Source: Chiloscyllium plagiosum | Taxonomy: Eukaryota | Direction: 5' to 3' | DNA: 64,000 nucleotides | Assembly: GCF_004010195.1 (NCBI RefSeq) | Contig: NC_057755.1 | Location: forward strand, 5,997,474-6,061,473 | Shown: positions 12,371 to 24,439 of the stretch, in pieces | Position numbering within the stretch: the stretch's first letter is position 1 | Layout of the letters: the number at the start of each line of letters is the position of its first letter | Notes under the pieces: model-generated | What the model was told of the DNA's origin: nothing | The model's input: the letters and a program-made list of their open reading frames with translations, nothing else | Databases searched by the model: none | Made by a program: the position numbers and the translations under genes

Positions 12371-14804
12371 GTTGGAGAAGGAGCTACACGTGGCCATTGT
12401 TATTAAAGAGATCAATGGTTACGGAGACAAAGTGGGAACTGGATATTGGGAATGCATTATCAGCTATTACCGTTCAGTTCTGAATGGCTTACCCCATATT
12501 CTCGGACAATGATACTCTATTTCTGGGCTCGCACAACATGGGGAACAATCTTCCCACATAGGTGGGAATGTGGTGCAGGCTTGAACGGCCTATTCCTGCA
12601 TCGACTTCTTGCGTTTCTATGCTTTAGAACGTCTGTGTGCTCAGCACAAGACTTCAAATATTCAGTTTGTTTCTCTCTCCACGAATGCTACATGATCTAT
12701 TGAGTTTGTCCGGCACTTCATGATTAGCATAATATTAAACAAACAAAAGGTAGTTATCAACACAAATTTGCCTCAAAATAGAACAATGTCAGATGTCTGA
12801 CGTCACCAAGTTACAGTCCAATGTATTTATTTGGAACCATAAGCTGTGGGAGCGCTTCCTCAGGTGAAGTCAATGGAAGTTAAAATTGAACAATTGTGTA
12901 ACCGGCCATGTGAAGTTATGATGTGAACGTCCTTACCCTCTAACATACATGAGAAAAGGAAAACATTTTGAGGAAAAGGATGAAAAAGATTCAATCAGTT
13001 CGTTTTGCCAGAGGTTGGGAGTGCACGTATTTGAGAGATCAGTGAGGGTTGTGTCTGCTGGTAAATTTTAAAAAAGCAAGAAACATTGTTTGAGGATTAT
13101 CGTTGATATGGAGTGATAGACCTTCTTCCAGGTTTACTGAGATAGTAATCCTTACTTGATGAATCAGGTTACAGAATTAATGGAAACAATGCCAATTAGA
13201 TTTCACCCTTGCGCAGTTTCTCTCACGACCTGCTGGACAGGTCGATCAGATTTCCTCTCAGTATTCAGTCAGATGTGAGGTTAGTGAGTGGAATGGGAAT
13301 TCATGTTTGTTGTTAAGTTCAACTTGAATATGTGCAATACTATTGAAAGCCGTATTCCACCAGAATGATAAGTACACACAGTTAGCACAATGTGTCATCT
13401 CAAAACCTAGATTTGAATAGCCCAAACATATGATTTCAAATAATAAATTGGAACACAATTAGCTATTTATATCAATTCAATGCGTTGATTGAATAATCAC
13501 ACGTTCACGAACACAGTCACATCGCAGAGAGCTGAGCAGAATCCCTAAGCAAGAATTTAATTAGTGAAGGGCAACAAGAAAGCTCACAAAATTATGACAG
13601 CATGAATATAAAATGCTTGTGTTTTTCAGCAATCAACACTTCCTCCAAAAACGAAATTGACACTGATAAATAGGCGAAATATGATAAACTAAATGAGAAA
13701 ATGACTCCAAGTGGTAAATATATTTTAACACAACAGCGAGTGAATTTGTGGCTATAGCTGTCTTCAGTTGTGTTCTTGTAAATTTAATTTGAAGATGTTG
13801 TAATCTCAGTATTCCCTGGAAGTGCAAACCTGGTAAAATGAAAGGCTTAGTGATTGTCATGAATCAGTATTTGATGCAGAGAAGTTCCCACAACACGGAG
13901 GGATAGTAACCTTGAATAGAAACATGTTTGATACATTTATTGGTGTCATGAAAATTTATTATGCAACACTTCTCTTCTGGAAGTTCCTGGTGAGATATTG
14001 ATGTGGTGGTGAATACAGGCGTGAGCAATGGTCTGTCATTTATATTTCAATTTCAATGACAAAACCACATGTGAGGGTTTTTTTAAAATTTATTTACTGA
14101 ATTCAAAACTCCTTACTTTTAAAGGTCTCCTGAATTTTAAGTTTTATCCCATTGAAGTTTATGAAGATCATCATTTTCCTAGAAATCACAGAACAGCCAT
14201 TTTGTCACCTTTTATGGAAACGGTTGGACTGGTGAAATGGTCTTGAGTAAAAGGAGGTTTCTGAGAGAATTTTTTTTCCCTGTCAGTAGTCGTCAGTGTA
14301 AAATTCAAGCAAGTAACAGTCAATTTCAGGAGCAAGATGCCTTGCTGCCCTCCCCTCTCTATTGGGGACGTCTACACCTGTGGATTTATACTGTTTGTGA
14401 AATCCCACGGGCATTGGATGAGATATTTTTCACACCATCAGCTCAAACCCTGTTTATCTTGTCAGTGGACCTGTGCTGATGGGTCATTCTGTGTTCTTAA
14501 ATTTCGTCTTGATCAATCTGTAGCTGTCGCTCATTGAGTTACACTCCCGTGACAAGAGACTTCATTAAGATAAACCGTGGAAATTGAGAACACTTATAAC
14601 TTACTGAGTGCAATGAATAATACCTTCAGTAAATTAGATGAAATGGAATAAATCGGATGTTTTGCTCAGATCTGGTATCAGGTTGAAGCATTAGATATTA
14701 TGTAAGTTATTGATAACAGCTAGGAACGAAATGGTTCCTTGTCCTCCAGCCAAAAAAAAACAAATTGTCTACAAGACCATGTGTTGTTGCCAATACTTAT
14801 CATC

Positions 14805-15460
14805 GACATAGAGTCATACCGCAGAGAGGACGCTCTCCAGCCAATGAATTTGTGCTCAGGTATCTGCACTAATCCCTCTCCTGACGTTTGTCTCTGGACA
14901 TTTCAGGTGCTCACCCAGGTACTTTGTAAAGATTATGAAGTTTCCTGCTTGGGTTGCCTTCCCTCACAGTCCATTCCTGACCCCGACCAGCCAACTCTGA
15001 GTGGAAACACTCTTCCTCAAGTCTTCTCAAAATCTCCTGTCTTTCACTTTAGAATGAGACAATTGACCCTTCAACTAAGGGGACAGCTGCTGTATATCCA
15101 CGCTTTGATAGAGTCAAAGGATCAAAGAGTCCAACAGTATGGAGACAGGCCCTTCAAACAAACCACTCCATGCTGACCAAAATATCCATCCACAGTGTCC
15201 CCATTTCCCTGCACTTGTCCCGTATTCTTCTAATCCTTTCCTATCCATGTATTTGTCAAATGTCTTTCAAATTTAAGCTACTCACCACAACCACTTCTGC
15301 TGGCAGCTCATTCTACATGCGTACCACTCTCTGTGGGAAAAATTTGTCCCTCAGGTTTCCTTTCACTCTTTCCCATTCCACCATAAATAATGCCCTAGAT
15401 TCCCCAGCCCTGTGGAAAAAGACTGAATGCATTCACACTATCCATGCATTTCTATGCACC
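14805..15460 (-). mobile_element. Two juxtaposed CR1/HER1 3' fragments
   Basis: Reverse-complement LINE 3' ends (gagtc..acag..ggagacaggcccttc; accacttctgctggcagctcattc). The same composite junction recurs at 19155-19575. Confidence 0.7.
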
Positions 15461-15811
15461 TGAGAATCTCATAGAGCTCTTACACACCCTTTCAGCTGCC
15501 TTTTCTCTGTGTCATGTGTCATAGCTAATAAGACTGCTTTATCATTTAATGCAATGCCTATACAACGAGTTAAATCGGTCACACCAATTGTTTTAAAAAA
15601 GTAAATTGCCACGTAAACATCCATGTATCATTAATCAGTGGTGTTGTCCTCAATCAGGAGGTTGGTTGAGTACATAATAATAATTGTTAACGATGAATAG
15701 CTTATAATTTTAAATTCTGACTGGGATTTGGCAGGAAAATATTGCATCCGACTCACTTGAATAACGAACTAATAAAACAAACAGATACTACTTTTCCTTT
15801 CTGTCTTGTAG

Positions 15812-16716
15812 TTAATTTAATGGCGAATGTGATCTCAAATCGAGAAAAGTGTGATCTCTCAAATTACATCACTTTCTACCTGCAGGCCATGGCATTGGCA
15901 GATCTACTTTACATTATGACTGAGGAAATTCTGTGGCGGATCAGTCATTATTTCGCAAGTTGTCTTCTGGACATTACTCCAGTATTCAGTATTATCAACG
16001 TCCTGATTAGGGTAGCCACTGATTATTGTGTATGGCTCACTGTCATTTTCTGTTTTGCTGGATTCGAAGCTGTTTGTTGCCAGAAATAGAAAACAAACTT
16101 TTCTACAGATAAAAGTGAAGTGGAAATTCTAATGACAGCCAGTATTCTATTCTATTTAAAGAACATTCCAAATTATTTCACATTTGAACCTCGATTAGTC
16201 ACTGAACATGTTCAATGGTTCTGTGATGTAAAACCAGAGTACTTTATTCAGCCTGGATGGGTAGGATTCGATCAGTTTGTTGTAGTCTTAACTCAATTTT
16301 TCCAATTTATTTTTATTCTCTTACTCAATACTCTTACAGTTAGACACATTTTAGTGGCTAGTCGCGCCTGAAAGGGATTGATGGGTCAGCGCAAGAGAAT
16401 GAGTTATAGTGACTCAGAGATAGAGAGCAGAAGAAAGTCTGTGATTTTGCTCTTCACAGTATCGGGCAGTTTCATTCTTCTGTGGCTGAAGTATGTTGCA
16501 GAATTTTTATGTTATAATATTGCAGTAACGGATCCCAACGATTACACAGATTCAGAAAACACTTTTGAAAATGTTGGTGATATGCTTCAGAAGTTGAGCC
16601 GCTGCACAAACACATTTATTTACGGGGTGCATCAGTCTAAGTTTAGAGAAGAGTTAACAACGTTGGTGAAAATTCAAATTGCATTAGTCAATAAACTGAT
16701 TCATAAACAAAACTGA
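15812..16716 (+). pseudogene. GPR139-like GPCR pseudogene (copy 3), exon 2
   Basis: Acceptor ttgtag|TT AAT TTA ATG GCG. A single frame is broken by TAG 16087-16089 and TGA 16369-16371. Motifs QAMALADLL, ITPV, WFC, ESRRKSVILLFTVSGSFILLW, CTNTFIYGV; DRF decayed to AGF. Exon 1 not confidently found. Confidence 0.93.
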
Positions 16717-16879
16717 AAACATCACAGAGGCGTATTGAAATACTTCCACATTATGAGTGAGATATGTTATCCATTCTCAAAGGTGAACCACACCGATGAA
16801 TATCAGGCAAAGTTTAATCTGCTTTGTTTGGAGATACATTAAAAATTTAGAAGAACTGAGCTATTTTATGAAGCACTCT

Positions 16880-17110
16880 ATACGTGTGCCTGTGCGTTTG
16901 TGTGACTGTGTGTCTGTGAGCGAGAGACTGTGTCTGCCGATGCATAATGAGAGTGCTTTGTGTGTGTTTGGCTGTGTGCATTTCTGTATGTGACTCTGCA
17001 TGTGAATGTTCGTCTGTGGATAAATGTGCATGTATGTTTGAGTTTACATGTGAGTGTGTTTATGTGTGAGTGTCTGTTTGTGTGTGTATACATGAGTGCG
17101 TGTGAGCGTT
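16880..17110. repeat. Degenerate (TG)n low-complexity tract
   Basis: Alternating TG-rich sequence. Confidence 0.85.
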
Positions 17111-17559
17111 TTTAACTTGTGATGAGTCAAGTTGCAAAATCAATCACCTGACATAGAACTAAAGGGACAACTGCAGCTGATATCTCACCCATGTATAGAG
17201 ATATATTCATATATATAATTTTTGGCATACTTTTAATGTCTATTTTACTTTTCATTTCCAATGAGAAATTACTGCTCTCTGACTGTCGAAATCCAGATGA
17301 TTGCTGAGGGTGATTCCTGTGGTAAAAGACTGGTTAAGGGCTTGGGTAGAAACGTATATTTATGAATCAGGAACAATCTGGAAACTGAAACCTACAGCCC
17401 TGGTGCATGAGTTGCTGATTTTACGGAGCAGGAAAGATGTTGTCTCTTCAGGATTTCTCTGCCATTCTCTAATGTCATGGCTAACTGTGTTTTCCCTGAT
17501 TTTTATGTTTCCATCTGTTGATGATAATATTCTATTCCATAACTTGACAAGAATTTGTG

Positions 17560-17762
17560 TAGATTTAGATCAGATTCCCTACAGTAAGGAAACAGGTCAT
17601 TTGGCTTAACAAGTCCACTCCGACACTCTGAAGAGTAGCCCATCCAGACCCAATCCCATAGTCTATATTCATACCTGACAATTACACCTAAAACTATGGG
17701 CAATTTAGCATGACCAGTTCACCAGACCTGCACGTTTTGGATTTTGGGATGAAACCGGAGCA
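17560..17762 (-). mobile_element. HE1-type SINE 3' portion
   Basis: Matches 6811-7110 (ggaaacagg..aacaagtccac..caatttagc..acctgcac..accggagca). Confidence 0.78.
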
Positions 17763-18460
17763 AAGAACAAAGAAAATTACAGCACAGGAACTGGCCCTTC
17801 GACCCTCAAAGCCTGCACTGAATCATATACTCTATCTAAACTGCCGCCTATTTTCTATAGAACTGTATCCCTTTGCTCACTGCCCATTCATGTATCTGCC
17901 TGGATACATCTTAAATGACGTTGTCGATCTCGCCTCTACCATCTCCGCTTGCAATGCATTCCAGGCCCTCACCACACATTGCATAAAGTACTTTCTGCAT
18001 GTATCTCCCTTAAACGTTTCCCCTCTCACTTTGAAATAGGGACGCCTAGTAATTCCACACTCTGGGAAAAAGTTCCTCTCTTACCAACATGTCTGTACAC
18101 ATGGGATATTGCAGACCACATTCAGGCGCAACTCAATCTCCGTCTTTCTAATGAAAAATATCCCCATATCTTCAAACTCTCCTCATAGCTTTTGCCCTCT
18201 ATACAAGGCAGCATCCTAGCGAATCTGTTCTGCGTCGTTTCCAAAGCATTCATTTGGCAATGTGTTGATCAGAACTGTACACAATGTTGCAAATGCGGCT
18301 GAACCAACTCTGACATTACCTGAAACAACTGTAACATTACCTGCCAACTCTTGTACTCAATATCACGTCCAATGAAGGAAAGCATGCCGGACGTCTTGAC
18401 CACATTACTCACCTGTGTTTCCACCTTCAGGCAACGAAGGACTCGAACACCCAGATCTCT
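17763..18460 (-). mobile_element. CR1-like LINE 3' fragment
   Basis: Begins with an agaacaaagaaaattacagcacaggaac tail, then the reverse complement of the ORF2 C-terminal region (cagaactgtacacaa). Confidence 0.75.
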
Positions 18461-18569
18461 CTGTAAACACTCAGGTCTCTCTGTAACTGTCTACGAGCGC
18501 TTTAGGAATGATCGGTGATTCCACAACCACTAACTTCGGTGGCAGAGAGAAAACCTCGGAGATAAAAGA

Positions 18570-18852
18570 AGTCCTCTCACACAGTGAGAGGGACCCGCGT
18601 TCGATTCCAGCCTCGGGCGACTGTCTACGTGGATTTTACACATTCTCCCAGCGTCTGTGTGGATTTCCTCTGGGTGCTCCAGTTTCCTCCAAAGTTGTGG
18701 AGGTCAGGTGAATTCGTCATGCTAAATTGCCCATAGTGTTAGTCAGGGTAAAATGTGGAGGATGGTTACTGGTGGGTTACTCCTTGGAGGGTCAGTGTTG
18801 ACTCGTTGGGCCAAAACCACTGTTTTCATACTGCAGGGAATCTAACCTAATC
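18570..18852 (+). mobile_element. HE1-type SINE
   Basis: B-box gttcgattcc, central gggtgctccagtttcctcc..gctaaattgcccatagtg, 3' tctaacctaatc; reverse complement of 6811-7227. Confidence 0.82.
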
Positions 18853-19074
18853 ATGTTTGCATGAACCTACCAAGTTAATGTATTTCCTAATGGAATAACC
18901 TGATCTATCCGTACTGAACAATTCTGCAATATTTATATGACATTTCTATTTCTTCCTTCTGTATTCATATTCTCCCAAATTATCCACTGTCTGCCAGATA
19001 TTTTCCATTTCACTCAACCTATCTATGCAGCTCTTCATTCTTCTTCTCATTGCAACAGGGTTCGTCAGCTATCA

Positions 19075-19980
19075 TAGCGTCATAGAGATGTCCATCACGG
19101 AAACAGACCCTTCAGTCCAACTTGTCCATGCCAAACAGATCATTATCATAATCAGAGAGTCAAACAGCAGAGAGGAGACCATTGACTCCATGGAGTTTGT
19201 GCTCATTTAACTGCAATAATCCCACTCTCCAGACCTTGGCCCACAGCCTTCAATGTTGTGACATTCCAATTGCTCACTAGGTACCTTGTAACGATTATGA
19301 TGTTTCCTGCTTGTGTTGCCTTCTCAGAAGTCTATACCAGACACCTAGCACCCTGTGGGTGGAAACACTCTTTTTCAATCTTCTCCAAACCTCCTGAGTT
19401 TCACATTAAAACAATGCTGCTTTCCATGACCCCTTCAACTAATTGAAACAGCTGCTTCCTATCCACCCTGTCATCTAGTCAAAGAGTCCGACAGCACGGA
19501 GACAGGCCCTTTGGCTCGAAAGTGTCCATGCCGACGAATATGTCCATCCACACTAACCCCATTTCCTGGCATATGGCAGTGTGTACAGGGCGTGTGGATC
19601 CAACACAAGTGTATAAGATCACGAGAGGCATGGATGGGGTGAATGAACTCAGTCTTTTTCCTAGGGTTGGTAATTCGTGAACAAGAGGGCAGCAGTTTAA
19701 GCTTAGAGGGGAAGGAATGAAAATGGAAACTGAGGGGCAACTTTTTCTACACAGAGTGTGGTACGCATATGGAATGAGCAGCCAGTGGAAGTGGCTGAGG
19801 CGGGTATTATATCAACATTTAAAATGCATTTGGACAAATACATGTTTAGGAAAGGATTAGAAGTATGTGGAAAAAGTGCAGGGAAATAAGGTCAGTGTTG
19901 ACGGACATTTTGATCGGCATGGACCAGTCTGGGTGGAAGGGCCTGTTTCCGTGCTGTCAGACTCTGGCTCGATGTCTCTG
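19075..19980. mobile_element. Cluster of CR1/HER1 3' fragments in both orientations
   Basis: Minus-strand tails at 19075-19575 and a plus-strand 3' end at 19590-19980 (gaagggcctgtttccgtgctg..gactct). Confidence 0.75.
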
Positions 19981-20769
19981 ACAAAGTTAGGGAGCATTGT
20001 AGACAGTGCAGATATATCATCAAATTACAAAGGGAGATTGATAGGCTGGGTGAATGGGCAAAAGAGTAGGTTTCTCTGACTCTTTATGAATGCACACGTC
20101 TGTTTAGAAATCCCCTGCATTTAACGTCACACCATCTAAAAAGTACCTTGATTTATCCTTTCTCAGTTGGAATATGTGTACCCCTTCAGATCTCTTGAGA
20201 GTGCTCCGTCCATTGAAAGTTCGAGATATATTTGAAGAGGTCCCTTGGGGTAAACTTGCTCTAACAGGTTGAGGCACTGCATTTGACCGAGCTTCTACGT
20301 AGTCTGAGACTTCGAATTGATGTAAAATATGGTATTGGCTGAATGTGGCACAAGGTGATCATAGACAATGCATTTTATTGTGATAACTTAATGCTCATTT
20401 TTATGCATTGCACTGACGTCTTGGAAGGCTGTGGAGAAGTGTAGTTGCCTGAAATTATTGCAATGGTGAAAATTTCAAGTTCATTGAAGCTTTTAACAGG
20501 AAGAATTTTGGGAGCTTAGGTATGTGAGTCTGTCTGAGATTGAGCGTACAATTAATAATGAATTTGAGAGAATAATGCAATCTCCCATGTACGTCAGGTC
20601 ATTAATCCAATGGGAGAAGTCCATAAGACCAAAACATATAGGAGCAATTGAGGTCATGTAGCCAATCGAAGCTGATCTGAAATTCCATCATGGCTGATAT
20701 GTTTCCAAAGATCATTCTCCTGCGTCTCCCATCATCCTTGTACACCTTTCTAAGGAAGTCCGTTACTGG

Positions 20770-21195
20770 GACTGGATGGTGTTATTCACAGGGAGAGGCT
20801 GGATAGGCTGGGGCTATATACCATAGACAATAAGAAGTTTATATAATCATGAGGGGCACGGATAGAGTGAATAGCGAAGGTCTTTTCCCCAGGGTTGAGG
20901 AGTCCAAAACGAGAGGGTGGAGGTTTAAGTTGTGAGTGGAAAGATTTAAAAAGGGCATGAGGGGCAAGATTTTTTACACGGGGAGTTGTGTTTATATGGA
21001 ACGAACTGCCTAAGGAAGTGGTCTGGGTGAGTATAATTCGAGATTTTAGAAGACATTTGGATTGGTGCATGAATAATAAAGATTTCAAGGAATAGTGGGC
21101 CAAACGCAGTCAAAAGGCATTAAGTTAGTTAAGGAAACCTGATCAGCATGGACGAGGTGCACTGAATTTTTTTTCCCATGCTGTTTGAATCTACA
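20770..21195 (+). mobile_element. CR1/HER1 3' fragment (mirrored at 62610-63010)
   Basis: gagaggctggataggctgggg..aatcatgagggg..ggagtccaaaac..gaactgcc. Confidence 0.8.
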
Positions 21196-21351
21196 AGTGC
21201 CATATTTGGAACAATGACTCTAAGCTGAGAGCAAAATATTTCTGGGCACGTTCTGGGTTTAATTGGATGTCGTAATCTCTACGTTAACTACCGGCAAGAA
21301 GTTAAACTTGCGATGTCGCAACTACTATGTGCCCCTGGCAATTCTGCGGGG

Positions 21352-21357
21352 TATAAA
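21352..21357 (+). promoter_or_regulatory. TATA box of intact GPCR gene A
   Basis: TATAAA begins 95 nt upstream of the exon-1 ATG and is conserved in the inverted paralog (62438-62443). Confidence 0.65.
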
Positions 21358-21446
21358 TTCAACTCTCTGGGAATGTGCTGCCTCACAGTTTAACTTAGGG
21401 AGTTTACCCTCAGCAGCAAACGGAAAGGAGCTGTGAGTGGAAAATT

Positions 21447-21510
21447 ATGTCAATATTTTCTATGATCAGGAAAGTCTATTACCTGATGCTTGCCATTATT
21501 GGTGTTCCAA
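21447..21510 (+). CDS. Intact GPR139-like GPCR gene A (copy 4), exon 1: MSIFSMIRKVYYLMLAIIGVP, phase-1 donor
   Basis: ATG TCA ATA..GGT GTT CCA A|gtaagt. The 64 nt join in frame to exon 2 (A|TT = Ile), completing TM1 GVPINLL. Not in the ORF track. Confidence 0.9.
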
Positions 21511-21869
21511 GTAAGTGTATGTGACAATGAGTTGCATGATCTTTTCTTTCAGTCAGTCTCTCTGTTTGCATGTGGTGAGGAATAAGATTGACAACATATG
21601 TCAGTAAGGAAGAGTAAACTGGGTGGAAGGCAATGAAATTTATTTGCTGGCAGACAAGATCCAAAGCTAAAAGTTTCACTCCTGATGGCAGGGTCACGGA
21701 AGTGAATAATATGCAACAGGAGAATCTGAGTGGGATGGAATAAGAGGGAGAAATCCTCATCCTTATCAGTGTTTCTGATTGGTAGACTGAGAGATGAGAT
21801 CCGGTACAGCCAGGAGTTAGGAGGGGGATAGAATGTGAAGTATAAAATACAAAGACAGGAAGTTGTATT

Positions 21870-22280
21870 TTTATTCATTGGTAGATTGCTGGTCCCGTTG
21901 GCTGAACGCAGCATTTATTGCCTGTCCCTCGTTGCGGTTGAGTGGGTGGGAGTGAGCTTCCATCTTGGACCTCTTCAGTCCATGTGCTGTCGGTAGACCG
22001 GCAGTGCCCTTAGCCAGCGAACATTATGGAATGATCAATCATTCCGAAATGGCGAGTAGTTTGGAGGGGAACTTGAAGGTAGTGTTCCCAAGTGCCAAAT
22101 GCCCTTGTCGTTTTCGATGGAAGTGGTCGTGGGTCTGGAAAGTGCTGCCTGAGGATTTTTGGTGAGATTCTGCCGTGAAAAACAGCCTGGGTTATGGCAC
22201 AATATCTTGTGGAGGATGGAACATGCTGCTGCTGCTACTGGGCCGCCGTAAGGAAGGGAACAAAGTTAAAGATTACAGAC
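21870..22280 (-). mobile_element. LINE-like 3' tail fragment in the intron of gene A (mirrored at 61480-61920)
   Basis: ttttattcatt..cagcatttattgcc..gggaacttgaaggtagtgttccca; the partner ends in gaataaaaaaaa. Confidence 0.55.
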
Positions 22281-23023
22281 GAAGGCCAACATATGTACTT
22301 TGACATAGATAGTATAAGGATTGTTGTGCATGGTTGGACCTGCAACCAGAGAGGAATAAATATCCATGTGATCAGGAGTGTGATGGTCAATCAAATATTC
22401 CAGGTAATCAAGAGGTCCACTTCAACAATGTAAAACTACGCACGATGTAATTTAAATAAAGTCATGCGGACAGGATACATGCCACTGATGCAGCATAAAT
22501 CCCTGAAACAGTGAGTCAACTTTTTTTCTAAAAAGAAAAATTCCTGACAGAGAGCCTGACAGCTATAAATTGGACTTCGTGGTATTTGGGGAAAAATTGA
22601 TTCAAAATTGAAATAACTTCTGATATTTTGTTGGCTATTCAATTGAATATCAAATATATTAACATTGAGGAAAATAAATGAAAAACAAAGTACAATAACT
22701 AGACAGAGTAATGCAGTTCACTTCACTGTATTTTTGATACATATTTTTTTCTGGTTTATTCAGTGTGCTAGTTCATAAGGTTCCAGGTACAGCAAGCTTT
22801 GTTATATTGAAATTAGCAGACCCAGTGATGTGTTATATCAAAACTCAGTAAATCTAAGTCATGGGTATGTTGGACTCAACCTGGGCTCTGAGATTTGATG
22901 ATTTAAATGTAACATGTTTGCACCAACCAGATGTTCATGCGTTTTGTGTCGTAAGATGATGGAACATGTATGTTTCACTTGTAACTTACAGCATATTTTT
23001 CTTTACTTCTTCCTCACATGCAG

Positions 23024-23931
23024 TTAATTTATTGGCAATTGCCATTCTATCCCGAGGAAAATGTGGCCTATCTTCATGCACCACACGCTATCTGATAGCA
23101 ATGGCAGTAGCCGATCTCCTGGTCGTGGTAAATGAGTTCATACTGAGACAAATCAATCATTATTATTTTCATGTATCTTACTTGAACATCACTCCTGTGT
23201 GCAGTATAATCTATGTGCTGACTCGTGCAGCCAGAGACTGTTCAGTCTGGTTCACTGTCACTTTTTCCTTTGATCGATTTGTTGCCATTTGTATCCAGAA
23301 GTTCAAAACTAAATATTGCAAAGCGAAAATTGCCACTCTGGTTCTGTCAACAACTTGCATTCTGCTCTGCGTCAAGAATATCCCTTTCTATGTGACATTT
23401 CAACCTCGAAAGATCATTAACAACGTCCCATGGTTCTGTGAGATAAAGTCAAGTTATTACACTGAACCTGCTTGGAAAGGATTTGACTGGTTTGATGCCG
23501 TTTTATGCCCACTGCTCCCATTTGTTTTAATTCTGTTATTCAATGCTCTGATGGTCAGGTATATTTTAGTGGCTAGTCGTGTCCGTAAGGGACTGAAGGA
23601 CCAGAGTAAAGGTGAGAATCAAAATGACCCAGAAATGGAGAGCAGAAGAAGGTCTATGATTATACTTTTCTCCATATCTGGCAGCTTCATTCTCCTGTGG
23701 TTAATATTTGTTCTATTCTTCATACACTATTACATTGCAGGAACAAATCCCAACTATTATACTGGTTCTGTACATATCTTCCTACACGTTGGGCTTATGT
23801 TGGTGGGTTTAAGTTGCTGCACAAACACATTTATTTATGTAGTGACACAGTCCAAGTTCAGAACACAGTTCAAAAATGCGTTGAAATATCCAATTAAATT
23901 ATTGACATTCTTCGTTAATAAAGAGAACTAG
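23024..23931 (+). CDS. Intact GPR139-like GPCR gene A (copy 4), exon 2; spliced protein 323 aa
   Basis: Polypyrimidine tract plus cag|TT AAT TTA, open to TAG. Hydrophobic TM segments with AMAVADLL (TM2), TPVC (C3.25), FSFDRFVAIC, PWFC (ECL2 Cys), LLPF..LFN (TM5), SGSFILLW (TM6), CCTNTFIY (TM7). Family assigned by recalled motif similarity to GPR139/142. Confidence 0.95.
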
Positions 23932-24439
23932 AATCAGGAGTCATTTTTTCTAACATGAGAAATTTAGATTCATTTTTTTGTCAAGTTCAATTATCTGCAT
24001 CAACTTAAGACTAGAAGAGCTATTGAACCCTGGAAAGCCCCAGCGACCGTCGTTAGAGATGGAGTGCAATCTCCTCCATTTCGACCAGGACAGTAAAGAA
24101 AGGTGGGTGAATGTTCAAGAATTAAAAATGTAAAGACTAGATAACAAGGACTGATGGAGTGAAGTAGGTATCTGCTGGTCTAATGGTGATCATTTAACAA
24201 TCATCGTAAAACCCATCTGTTTCACTGATGTTAGTTCGGTAAGGAAGTCTTTACCTGAACAGATCCACTTATCCTCAGAGATTGGCTTCAATTTGTTTGA
24301 CTGTTCTCTGCTCTCGAAGCTAATGGACAGCCCAAAAAATGTTGACCCAGCCCATGACGTCGGCATCCCATGAATAAAATTTTAAAAGGGAAATTGCAGC
24401 AATTGACAGAGATGCAATCCCGATTGGTCCGTGGTCAGT

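Noticed and set aside
13600..13840. Possible exon 1 and TATA box of copy 3
   Set aside because: TATAAAA and donor-like sites exist, but no convincing YY..GVP reading; too degenerate to call.
22966..23023. ATG at 22966 as start of a single-exon 321-aa receptor
   Set aside because: The extra residues are the translated polypyrimidine tract and acceptor. A canonical exon 1 exists at 21447-21510 and the ATG is not kept in the inverted paralog. Minor use cannot be excluded.
23024..23931. Assigning the symbol GPR139
   Set aside because: Only family-level motif similarity across multiple divergent paralogs; orthology cannot be shown without a phylogeny.
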